This document shows, one piece after another, positions 16,791 to 35,400 of a stretch of DNA of 64,000 nucleotides (position 1 is the stretch's first letter; the number at the start of each line of letters is the position of its first letter). Origin of the DNA: Lobosporangium transversale (taxonomy: Eukaryota); the NCBI RefSeq assembly GCF_002105155.1, contig NW_019028989.1, forward strand, positions 558,001 through 622,000, read 5' to 3'. The position numbers and the translations under genes were made by a program. The notes beneath the pieces are model-generated. The model made no database searches. It was given only the letters and a program-made list of their open reading frames with translations, and was not told the origin of the DNA.

Positions 16791-19700
16791 TTAAGAGCGA
16801 TGAGCATACATGCCTGACATGGGGTTCGGATGTGGCAAGCGTGCATATGGGTGGTGATGTGACTGACCATGCTGTCGCTGGTAATGATATGGGTTTTCAC
16901 CATGAGAACCATGTCCTAAGCTAAAGTTACTCAATCCATCATAGGTCAATCCCAGACCAGTAGAATGTGGGCCATAGGGCATGTGGGTTGGATGCTGACC
17001 CCTGCCCCCCAAAGAAACAAACGGAGACGAGTATGAAGATGGTCCCCCAATATGAGCACTCAAGTTAAGGGCTCCATCCATGCTTGGATTCTTGATTCGC
17101 TTTCTGGACAAATCCACCAAGTGGACTGTCTTTTCGTGTGTCCTCAGATTGTGCAATTGTGTATAGGCTTTGGTGCATCCCCCTTGTGTACATTTGAAGG
17201 GCTTGAACTTGAAGTCTGCATGAGCGGTCTTGATATGCAGAGCCAAGGACTTGCGCTGTGAAAAGGCCTTGCAGCAGCCTTCAACGATACAATGAAATGG
17301 TTTAAGCTTGATCACAGGCGTGTGTCCTGTCCTCTCATGAGACTTCAAATTGTGAAGTTGTGTATATGCCTTTGCGCATCCGGGAACAGAGCACTCAAAC
17401 ACTCTTGCTGCAATGGCTTTGCGCGGGATCGCATTTGTGCGTGGTCTCATCAGGATAGTCGTTGGCGAGTCTGAGTCCTCTTCTTCGCTCTGCATCTGCG
17501 GAGGAGCCGTAAGAGCAGCATCAACAACTGTTCCAAATGAAGCGGAATCAAGTGCTGTAGTCAACGACAGAACTCCGCTGGATGCGACGGAAGAGGAGGT
17601 TGAGTTTACAGAGTTGGTGCGAGTTCTGTAACCAACACCGCGCTGGAATTCCAAGGATGGAGTGCGACTCTTCTTAAAGTTGACACGGATAGGACCATAA
17701 CGAGAATCAGTGTTGGTGCTCCCATTAGCACTCGTAGGCGCCATGGAGGGTCCAACTCGACTATAATCAACGTGGGACATGATCGTAGGAGTCTCATGCA
17801 TATCCATAGAGTAGGACGAGGGCTGGTACTCAGACTGGAGCATGCTTGTGGGTGATAAAAGAGGAATACCTCCCATGGACGGCATACTGGATTGCTGTGA
17901 GGCTACCGAGGGCTCACTACCATGTCCGTGTCCGTTAGTATACGAACCAATGGCCGAATTTCTGTTAGATTGAGGATAAGAGCGTTGGTGATAATGGCGA
18001 TCTTGTTCTAAAGGTTTGGTAGGATGATGAAAAATAAAGGCATGTGAGAAGTTAGTTGAAATGAAAGGAAGAAAGAAAGGAAGAAAGAAAGAAGAAAAGA
18101 AAATAAGAAAGAAGGAAGGAGGCTTGAATTCAACTTTAAAGTTTGAGTGAACAAACAAACACACACATCTCATCATCAACGGAATTAGAGTGCCTTTTTT
18201 GGGAGTGAAAACAATAATTATGCATTTGAAAAGAGATGCAAGATGAAGATCCAGATCCATAAGCATAGATGCAACTGGCAATGGAAGACAAACAGAGATA
18301 GAGAGGAAAGATGTAGAAAAGATAGAGATGTTGGCGTAGTATTGATGACCGTGGGATAATTTAGCAAAAAAGGCAACTGAACATAGCCCTTGTGGTCACT
18401 TAAAGTACGTGGGTGGTGTGCGTATATGGCTTATTCTGTGCTGGCACTTTTCAGCTCGTACAACTCATAACGCCCGCAGATCAGCGGAGCCCAAAAAAAA
18501 CCTACCAAGTATCTCTTGCTGCATATGCAAGTTATCTGCCGACATGCTAGCCACCCAGACCTGAGGCTGCTGATGATTATCACTAATGATTTGAGGAAAC
18601 AAAAATATATCATGTCAGAGAACATTTAGCGTCTGGGATGGAGCTCAACGTTTAAGGATTATTTTGAATCCCTTTTTTTTTTTTTTTTTTTTTTTAGCGT
18701 GTCCTTTATTTTGTTTACCTGCATGGATAGTGGGATGATGCCGATCGGTTGTGTTTTGGCGACGACTCATCATTAAATGGAGTATAATCAGGCGTCGATG
18801 GAGACAGAGATGACTGCGATGACAATTCATCCACAGAAGGAGCTATTACAAGACACAATATTAAAGAGAGAATGCTTTAGTAAGTCTATGTATTCTTCTT
18901 GTGTGGTTGGATGTATGTTTTTTTGACTTTGAGGACTAGGTCATGCTGTCATGAAAACACTGTGCTGGGTCCATTTATAGCTGAGAGCCCTTTGTTTTTT
19001 TTTGTTTTTTTGTTTTTTTGTTTTGACAGGTATTGTAAAAGAACGAGGCAGGGGAAAGGATTTAACAATGAACAGAGGGGGTAACAGCGGAGCGGACAAA
19101 AAAAGAGAGCAAATGCGGGAGTAAAAAAGAGCACGAAAAAGACAGTGACGAAAAGAGCAATGGAGATGATATGGCCAAATGGACAAAAAAGGCGAATACG
19201 GATATAAAATATAAAGTGCATGCAATATGACAAAAAGTCCAGAGGAATGATAGTAATATTAAAAAATAACAATGAACAACAATAATAATAAAAATTACGT
19301 ACCATTGCTCGCTGTCCAGGTGGAAATGGCTGGGATCATCCCAACTGCATGGGTGCTCAATGGCGAAGGCAGCTGTGAACTAACCGTTAACTGATCAGGC
19401 GATGCTGGAGCATGGAATGTGGACGAAGATGTTGCTGTTGATAATGCAGGTGAAGCAACTCCGTTGCTGCTGTCGTTATTACTGACATTACCGTTATTCG
19501 AGTAATCATGATTTTCTGACGATGTGGCTGTATTGGATGAGAGCGATGGCGTTGATGTGGACGATGTCGTGGATAATGTTGATGTTAGTGTAGGAGTAGG
19601 TGTCGAAGCATTCGATCTCTGCTGTTGCTGCCTCGCATTATAATGGTAGGAGTTATGCTGGTGATAGTCATAGGAAGCATGATAATTACTCGCATATTGG

Positions 19701-20062
19701 TTGTTCAACTGCCGGTTCATCATGGGATTCATCAAGTCAGAATCTAGGGTTTGGTGCGGCTGCTGGTAAATGTCAACTTGATGTTGAGTAGGAATGGCCT
19801 TTTGCAAGTCTGAATGATAGCTATGGTTGTCATTTGAGCCGTGGCTGTGCTGGGGAGAATTGCTATATGCTTGCGATTGCTGTTCGTCATGGTAACCAGA
19901 TTGGGACGAGTTATAATGGTGCTGTGAAGACTGTTGACTAAATTGATTGGAAAGAGGGCCGTTGCTTCCTCCATTGCTTAGACTGCTGCCCATGGCAACA
20001 GATCCGAGTGAATAGTAGGCCGCAGGGATCTGGACCTGGACTTGAGTATTATTGGAATGCAT
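16791..20062 (-). CDS. C2H2 zinc-finger transcription factor (3 fingers) with long S/Q/H/N-rich N-terminus
   Basis: Phase-consistent exons approx. 19303-20062, 18719-18842, 18507-18583, 16791-18007. Fingers: FECSVPGCAKAYTQLHNLKSHERTGH, FHCIVEGCCKAFSQRKSLALHIKTAH, FKCTQGGCTKAYTQLHNLRTHEKTVH. Confidence 0.85.
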
Positions 20063-22714
20063 ATTCGAGAATACTATAATAGGAATATATAAGGAGGAAT
20101 GGCGGCAATGTTTATCTAACTTGGTGAGTGTGGTGTGATTGTAAATGCCGTCAATGTTGGCAATTGGTATGAGATCGGATCAAATCAGATCGATGGTAGG
20201 ACAAGCCAGATCAGGGTCTGTCTATTGAATAAGCAAGCACTCAGTCGCGCAAGTTTAGAAAGTGATAGCGCTCCACAAAGTGAATTTGTTCGAAGATGAG
20301 GGTGAAAAAAGCGAGAACGAAGAAACCAGGGTATAATTTCAGAGACGATAAGACAGTGAAAGAAAAAATAAATCAGGGAATGGGAGATGCAAAAAAAAAA
20401 AAAAAAAAAAAAAAAGGAAAAGGGAGAAAAGGCGAGACAAAATGGAGAGTAAAGAGGGCCTTAACAAAGCGGGAATAAATGATCTTTGGAAACAACGAAT
20501 TGAATCAACCCGTTATTTCAAGAAAATGTTCAGAGATCGGAAAAGTCAGAAAAGGGGGAGGGTAAAAGGAAGAGCAACAACAGAATCGCAGAGAGTAAAC
20601 TTTTTTTTTTTTTTTTTTTTTTTTTTAGTTTTAGTTTGGGCAAAAAGACAACGTCTTTTTTTCACATTGCACACTTCCCATTCAGTGCTGCAAACGCAGG
20701 TTGGCTAGTCCAATAGTTTAAGGTCCCAAATCCTCCTCTTACGGAGGCTGGAGCCGTGTCCCACCCAGAGCATTGAATAGGAATGAGTTAATATTCTTAT
20801 AGTTACCTTTCGGTTTTCTTTTGAAGAGACTATGACTTGGCGGTATACGAGTGCAGGTGTAAAGGGGCGTGTTCCAAAGAGACTGGCAAATAACAGAATA
20901 GGTTTTAGAAAAAAAAAATGGCTAACAGGGAATAGGGTGATGATGACACGAATGACGCAGAGTCGGGCTATTGAATTGGTCGTTAAAAAAAATGGGACAA
21001 TACGAAGTGTGTGCGATGAAATTGTGTGGGTGAAGAGCGTGGGAGGAGTTGAAGAGGTAGATGGTGGGGAACCCAGTGAAATGGAGTGAAGTGGAGTGAA
21101 TAGGCGAAATCCTTTTTAATTTTATTTTTTTCCTTGTGTTTCCTTTCTCAGATGTCTGGGGAGAGGATTCATCAATCCTTTTATACAAAAATGAGAAGGA
21201 TATTCCTGATTTTTTTTCTTACTCTTTTCGTCTTGGTTTCCTTGAGCATTCGATGCTGCAACAAGATGAGTGCTTTGATTCATTTCTTTATTTTCTCTTC
21301 TTCATATTTTGCTCTCTATGAAATGTCGTTGGTTTATTCAATCGTTGGTTTTAATTCTCTCATATAAAAGACAAGTATAATATAATAGGAATATATAAAA
21401 TATATTAAATTCTTACACATTAAATAGATGTATTATATATATTCAGATTGATTTTAAGGTTTTACTTATGATGTGTACATCTTTGTTTTGTTTGTTTATA
21501 ATGCAACCTTATTTTCTTCGTTTCAAAAAAGGAATGTCTCTATTTTTTGCGCTGATATCCTCTTCAATACCACCCTCTCTCTTCTGCCTAGAACTGGAAA
21601 GACCATATCCCATATCCCATATTCTATGCACTTCGCAGATTATAGTGGATGAATATATATCAAATGGTGCACGTAGAAATATAGAAGGGCATTTTATGCG
21701 TATGCGTAGAGATCATGTTTGGGATGCCGTTCTTCTCGCAATACCATATTTTGGAATGGTATGTAGCTTTTGCACTTAGCCGTTAGCAGTACATAACACA
21801 TATAGCAATTCGAACCTTCCGTTGACTCCCTTGTCCAATGGAGCTTGAGTGCCTTTTTTTATTGTGAGGCCAAGAACACGGTAATCAAATAAGCTAGGAA
21901 ATATACTCTTATTATTTTAGCCACGTCAAGAGTTTCTTTCTTGTCGTCATCCTTAAAGGCCGCTCTTCGGTCGCATGCTAATTCGCGATAATGGGGAAGA
22001 AAGCCCTGTGTATATCGTCCTTATTTTCATACCCCAGTTGCCAGTTGCTACTCCTCAACTTTTTATGTAGTTTCCATGGCATAAACAAAGATTTTGAGAT
22101 TTACACTTAGTAAAGGAAATTGTTTACAAATCCCCATTGAATTTCTAAAGCGAGTAAGTAAGGGTATGCATGTCTGGAATTATCAGGAATTTATTTTTTA
22201 TTCCTATATAGCCAATGTAGCTTGGTAGCAGAGGTTTTAGAAAGACGGGTTTTTGGACTTGGTCAAAAGCAATCTTAAAGATGAAGAGTTATTAAAAATT
22301 TTATCCATTTTTCTTACGCCTGGGAATCAAGCGACAAAAAGAAAGAAGAAATACTTCAATCACTTCTCCGTAAAGTAATTGGCGAAGTCCTAGGTGCCTG
22401 TATCGAGCAAATGAAGAGTGCTGTGGTTTTTTTTACGCGTCTTCAAGGAACATCTGCTGGATTGAAGATAAAATTAAAAGATAAAAATAAAATTAAGAAA
22501 TAAGTAAAATAGGCACGTTTCGGATAGTACATGAACATTGGACTTGCTTCTCCTTTTTCATCGTTTTCAGCAACAAGTACATGTAATGGACTTCCCGCCT
22601 ATACCTCAGTCTTCATACTCCATGCACCATAACCATTATTTACTATTTAACTTTGACTCCTCGTTTCTGCGAAACGTGTATCAGTCCTATAATGATGAAT
22701 ATAAAAAAGCAATG

Positions 22715-22720
<6 letters not shown>

Positions 22721-22748
<28 letters not shown>
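22721..22748. repeat. (AT)n microsatellite
   Basis: Run of AT dinucleotides read directly from the sequence. Confidence 0.9.
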
Positions 22749-22751
<3 letters not shown>

Positions 22752-24308
22752 GTATTTAGTAAAAGCTAAAATATGCTCTCATATTTTTCTTACAACATGG
22801 TTTGTTGAAATTCTGTGAATAAAAAATTGTCCGGTCCACGGTGCTGCATACATACTGCTCTGTGCCAAAAAGAGATACGACGGAGAAAATATTGTGGAGC
22901 AGGAACAAGGAGAATTTGTTGAAGAAAGAGCACATCATTAAGATTTGCATTGATGTAATAAAGCATGGAACATCGGTGTTGGGCGAGAGCAGACTATATG
23001 GTCGATTAAGGGTCATAGTGTGAGTGGTGTCTCTATCCTTTCAATACGTTGCCACTATGCAATGCACTCAAAAGACTGACATTGAATATAGCATGGCTAT
23101 TTTACAACACCACAACATTGTTCTCGCTCTTGTATAATTCATCCGTCCCAATAGAGATAAGCAACGGCGAAGCGGCTCTTTCAATGCCCTCCAATGTCAA
23201 TCCAAAACGAACAACTTCTACAAGAAAAAAATTAACCAATTAAGAAAGGATTGGACAACCACAGATCATGGGGAACATACACTTAAAATTATCCATTCGC
23301 GGTTTTACTTTCTTTTCGTGTTTTATATTTAAATCAATGAAATCATTATGAAAAAAGCAGGGGAATGAGGAAAGTAGGGTTGAGATCATGCAATGTGAAT
23401 CATTGAGTATAGGTGGATAAAAGAGAGCTGGTTCTCCAAAAACGTGCTTAGATATTTTCGTGTTACAAGCATACACCATGGAAACATCCATCTGTTTCGA
23501 GAAAAAAGGACACTTTTACGCTGCAACATTGAATCATTCTCAACGCCATCGCTCTCGCTTCGTTATTTCTATCCCTAGAGCATTTATTGTTCTTTAACAT
23601 TTTCATTGGCACATCTCTCTTCCGTGCCATTATGAAAAATAGGTGAAAGTTTTACAGAGTTATAGAGATGAACTACAAATCAGCTATTCTAGGCGCATCT
23701 CCGACCTTTTTTAAAACGCTAGGTTTATTTTCTCCTTTATTCACCTCAATTACTAATTGAGTATTGGGGGCAAACGTTTCGTCTTGGCCTTTACAGTATC
23801 TACGTACTTTATATTTTTATTTTTAGCGAATAGGTTTAAATAAACATAAGGCAAAAAAAAGTCTTTTCTAGCTATATTAACAAAGTCATAGGAGAACTGT
23901 ATTGAGATGTACATATGTTATATATATAATATATTAACGAGACAGATGAGGCACCGAGTGATATGAATATGTGGAGAAAGAAAAAGTAAGGTTCGTATTG
24001 GGCTTCGCAGTATCCGTTTATTAAATGCGTACCTGTATCTGACCTGTCAAAAGAAACTTTACAATGAAATGACCAAGAGGAAGAACGGCGATGATCGAAA
24101 CAATAAAAAAACTTTAGGATCATCAAATGGACGCGTTCAGCACAAAAAGTAAATCTTCCGACGCTTACAAAGAAATGATCCAAGCATCAAAAGCTTTCCA
24201 AGGTTTTCTTAATTATGAGCCATTTTTCAGTTGATTTCAGCTATTGGTCCTACCACGATCTCCCCAAACTCTATTAATTGAGTCCGCGCAACTGTATTAG
24301 TATCAAGA

Positions 24309-24343
<35 letters not shown>

Positions 24344-24973
24344 AAACTCTCCGTTTCAATAAAGATACTTTTAGTGATATATACAGAAGTACTTAAAATG
24401 AGGGCTACATGCTCTGAAATGCTTTGTATATTTCAGCCCCCGTTTTTTGTCACAGGCTTGCTATTATTAAGCCATATAAAAAACTTTTTTTTTTTTTTTT
24501 TTTTTTTGGTTGCAATCACTATTTCCGTTATGATCTTGCCCCACATTGTCCTATAAAAAAGATGATAATGCAACAGTGACAGCAAATTGCAATAAGACGA
24601 ATAGCTGTAATTAGACGAACTGCTGTGATACAAAAAAAGGAAAACCGGTTTTTTGTAACTCAAGCAATTAATGCAATGTCGCACGGTCGTAAGAATTAGA
24701 GAGATGCTTTTTTACTGGGAGATCATTCGTCAGTCCATAAAAATTAATGCGCCCGCTCTTGCATGTATGAACTATGGCCTAAAAAGGAATCAAAAAAAGG
24801 GTTCTTGGCTACATGTTTACCAAATAAGCAAAAAAAAAAAAAAAAAGAGAGCTTTTGGACCACGAGGCCTCGAACCTTTTTTTTTATTAATTGGGTACCA
24901 TGGACTAGCCTATCTAAGCCACAAGATTTACAGGAGAAAGCATAAATGTTCCAAGTGTTTCAAGATATTATTG

Positions 24974-25038
24974 GGAGCCAGAATGGATTATTAGTTGGAG
25001 CCAGAATGGATTATTAGTTGGCGCCAAAATTGATATTA
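24974..25038. repeat. 23-bp tandem repeat (2 exact copies plus 1 degenerate)
   Basis: GGAGCCAGAATGGATTATTAGTT at 24974 and 24997, followed by GGCGCCAAAATTGATATTA at 25020. Confidence 0.9.
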
Positions 25039-26453
25039 CACAAACGGACTGCGGAAAAGAAAGAGAAGCCTACCTGAGAGATACATGAAGCTGTCATGTT
25101 GTTTTTGTTTTGTTATGACCATTCTGCTTTTTACGCCATCCGGTATTGAACTTTACAGGTCAAGCAATGTGGCTTTCGAAGAGCCGTCTAATTTAATAAA
25201 GAGGAACTATTGAGATCAGGTCATTCTTATCCAAAGTGCTCAGGTCTTCAGAAGTCATTCATATTATTTTTTAGTGTATATTAATATCATTTGTCTTCAT
25301 AGTCCTCTGACACATATCATCGGATGCAACATGAACTGTACGCATCGCATAATTTCGCCGCACTCGAGGAAATTTTTTCAATAAGGTTAATAGCAATGAT
25401 ATGTACGAGTAAATGAAAGACACCTAAACAGTGATTTGCTGACTACGTGATTTGTGTAATGTCTGCATTAGTCTTTGATACTCCTTCGATAAAATGCGAA
25501 AAAAACTTCCTCCTTATCGTAAGAAGCCTAGGTAAATCTGACAATAATATGTATAAAATTAAATGATATTCTTTTGTGTGCACATGATAGTTATAGTAAT
25601 GAAATAATTGTATGGATGAAGGCGTAGTGTGGAGATTACGAGACCTTTAAATAGCAGACTAACATACCAAATAAAAAGAAATAAAAAAGCGAAGCATTAA
25701 GTAGACAGGTAATGGTTGATTCTTGGACCCCTGTATTCCAAAAAGTTCCCTCTTCCGGTTTATTCAGCTTCAACATTACCGTGCTCTCTCATGCCCTCCT
25801 TCTTTACAGGCTATTGTAATTTACAGTTCGTGAAGAGAAGCAATAACACATAATTTTGAGTGCGTGGTTGCTCTTTTCCACGCTTTGATGTTCCACGACA
25901 TGACGCGCCATTTCCTTCTAAGGAATACTTATTTTAAAGACTGAAGTAGCGTCCAATGAAAAACAATTGATCTTGGAAAAGAGAGAGTATGCCCTAGCTG
26001 TTTTAATTGTCCTAAAATCATGGGAGTTTGGTGTAGTTATCCTATACATCAATCCTTACTTTCTATTATGAAGAAATTCGTGCAAAGAGCTATATATTTC
26101 TTTATTTCTTTATTCATTAAAAAAAAAAAAAAAAAAAAAAGAATAGTAGTTGACGCTTTGGCAAGTTAATGTAGCTTCATGAAGTCATGATTCTAAGTCC
26201 AGAATTCCTAGCCAAGACTTGAGTGACAAGGCACAAAAGAATCACTGAAAGACGAGTGTGGCTGGGACGATAGACTTAGAAAGCTGAATATGAAAATTTT
26301 ACTCAGAGAAACGATACTTCTAATATGGCTACAAAGGTTGTAATTCAAGTATTTATAATTGACCACTCATTTTATTTTATTTTATTTTTTTTATTTTTAT
26401 TTTTATAAACCACTGATCGGATGATACTTTTGTCCTATCGTTCGTTATGTTGT

Positions 26454-32165
<5,712 letters not shown>

Positions 32166-32406
32166 TGTCTATTTTAGACTATGTTGCCTTGGAGATTGGA
32201 ATACCTGAAAGAGTTGAGTTTGTTTTGTAGCAGAAGGAGAAGAGGACAAAAACTTCATGTCAATGGTCATTGATGTTTAAATTATTGTTTGTTTGCATCA
32301 TGACGTTAGTGACTGCGACTGCAAGTTCATGGCCAAGGGCCGACTTTTCATTTTCCTCGGAGGTGATCATCTTCCTGAAACTATATGCACCAAGCTCCAA
32401 AAAAAG

Positions 32407-35400
32407 ATGGCTTCAGACTCAAATATCGACACTCTCGAGGTGCTGCTACACCCAGGACTTATCAAAACTAAGGTAACGTTAAAGACCTACTCACAAAATG
32501 GCCTTCATGTTTGTCACAAAAAAAAAAGAGCAGGCTAAATTCGTTATCCTAATGTTCAAGCAATTAGTTCTAATAAAACTTGAAATCCATTAATATCAAT
32601 AGCTGTCAGCTCTTCCTCGATTGACAGCACATAAAGAAGGCCGACGGTTATTGAAAGATCTCCTCTCGATCACGCGATTTGGGACGCCTGCTATAGTTCC
32701 TATAGACACACCCAGCATAAATAACAGTAGTGGGGGTAACAAAGGGGACGACGACGTGGCAGCCCAGCCGATCCAGCAGCAAACAATGACACTTACGGAG
32801 CGTCAGGGTAACTAGTTGACTGATCGGCGGAGGGTTGCATTCTTTTTATCCTTGCACTTATTTAAATTAGTGCAGACGCTTGAACCCAATTTCCCTGAAA
32901 ATAGCTTTTAATTCCTCTAATGGTTTCGTGGATGGATAGATATGCTCCTGGAGCAAGCATATAAGACCTATCGCTTCGCATCACTATCACTAGAGGATAT
33001 TTTGGAAGTAGTGCCTCAACCAAATCAACTTTGCCTCATCACTACGATGATGCTTTCAACGCAGTACGTGCGCACACTGATGAATATATAAGAATTTTTT
33101 ACATGGAGAGAGACATGAGCTATAAAGAGGTTTTACGATTGTGGTGAGAATGTTTTGTAATTTCATTCACTCTATTATCTTTTTTTTATCGATCTTTCAG
33201 AAATACTACTATTCCAGAGATGGAAATCCTTTCTGAACCATGGGACGCTCTCACACTGTTCCAACGATGGATCCTTCGGTGTCGTATCAATGGCCTCGAA
33301 GAGTCAGGACTTGACTTTGGGGATTCAAAGGTCCATGCAGAGGCGTTAGAAACGAAACTCAAAGCCCTTGAGAAGGTACCGTGACCTTATAGATATTTAG
33401 GAATCAGCTCTAAAGAAGCAATCAAGCTATCAATTGGTCCTGCTACTTACGTAATATTTCTGTAATATCCTTATATAGGTTTCTTCGACTAAAAGAGAAC
33501 AGATCCTTCAATGCCAGCTTTCATCCGAACTTGGTCAATATTACTGTTGGAGCGGTCAGCATGCAAAGGCGATTGAGTTTTTGGACGCATGCCAGATTGT
33601 ACATCATGAACACTCCATAGAATCAGCAGCTGAGACTCATTTACAATGGTATAATGCTGGCATCCATGGACCGCTGTATATAACCCGCAACGACGAGCGA
33701 AATCTAAATATTATAGATGTATGGTTTTTGTATTTTAAATTTTCAACTTTAGTTACTTGGACATGGGTAGGATGATTGCACTTTTAAATCTATCAAGGTT
33801 GGCCACAGGGGAAGGTTTGAAAAGCCAAAAGGAGAGCCTATCGACTTTGAAGACATTAGAACAAAGTAAAGAGTATGTCAAGCTCGCAGATGAATTCTTG
33901 AAGGACAATAGCATGCGTGAACTTCCTTTTATATGGCGTCAGACGGTGCTTTACACGGCGTTAGAATGCCAGGAGCTTGAAGGGGCAACCTTTATTAGTG
34001 TTGCTAATGCGCTTTATAACCCAAGCGACCCATGTAAGCTTTCTTCAAGGGACTTAAACCGTCGTAAATGTGTCGCTTGTTGGAATAGTACAGCGGACAT
34101 AATTCTTAGTTTAAGTCTTTTCCACTCACGTCAGCATTGGCTTTTTATGCTGATATTTACAGGTACAATGATGCTCGAGATCCCTTCAATAGTTCTTCAA
34201 TTTTTGCGGTCGATTACGTTTCAGAGCGGACATGAGCCTGAAGCATATCTCTTGCCTTCAATATTCCAAGAGCTGATGGAGTTCATTAAAAAGGCACATG
34301 AGTCATATCATGACAATAAAATTCAGGATAAGATCAAGCATTTCACGCATAAACTGTGCATCAGTGTGAGGCATGTTCTTTGTTACAATTCTGCTTGGGA
34401 AACAGGTAAGGCAAAAGAGCTTCATGAAAATATAGTTGTATCAGCTCAATAACGTCAACATTAATATACATACACATGCTTATTATTATGTTAGGGCTAT
34501 TGGATCCTTCGGCAGAGGATTGGTCACAAGTTTGGGATATGTATAGCTTTATTTTGGTAAGCTTGAAAACAACGCAGCGCTGCCCAGTCTTTCCCCCCTT
34601 CTTCTCTACTGCACTGACGCCTTTTTTTCATACAAGTCGCAAGATATACCTACAGACATCCATCTATTAGATGAAGCATTACAAACACCACTTACAGTTG
34701 AGGCCGGAATTAAAGGGCTTATTCTTGAACGTATGGACGCCGAAGGTCTGGAACATTACATTCGACAGGTAGAGCACCTATTGTCTTATAAATTACTGCA
34801 AAGGAGTCTTATTCCCGCCCTCTGACCAACGTCTATTTATTACCATTGTCTTGAAAATAGCAATCTCTACCCCCACTATCATCGGCTCTAGTTTTACTTG
34901 CTTTTGGTGCCTTTGCTTGCAGTCAATCCCGCTATTATGAAGGTGATCGATATTTCCAAGCAGCCACAAGGTTCATGATCCAAGAACAAGACCATTCCTC
35001 AGTAGTTTTTGGACAAGTTGAGTTCCAGACTCGTAAACATGCTGCATGGGCGCAGCTCGGTATTTTAGCTTTAGAATTCGAGAAAAGAAGGGATCAGCGA
35101 ATTCACACCAGATTACAACAAAGGGTAGCAGCTAGGCTGCAGTCAGATCCTATGGCTAACTCCAATGGAGGCAGCACTAAAAGATCGTCAAAAACAGTGG
35201 CTAATTCGAATGCAGCAGTATCATCAGCATTGTATGGGAGTGCTATGGATGTTGATGGTTCAGCCGCTATGGACGCCGAAAGCCAAGAGCGTATTAAAAG
35301 AGAGACGCAGGCTAAGGAGGATGAGGCGCGCACAATGGATATCTGTCAACTCATGTCACTCTATACTCGAACCTATGGTATTCTTGAGTTTAACTTGCAA

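Noticed and set aside
18008..18281. Hydrophobic N-terminus of the 496-aa zinc-finger ORF (apparent membrane anchor)
   Set aside because: It is translation of a pyrimidine-rich intron; the real exon starts at the acceptor at 18007.
24974..25038. CRISPR-like direct repeats
   Set aside because: Contiguous copies with no spacers, no cas genes, and a eukaryotic context.
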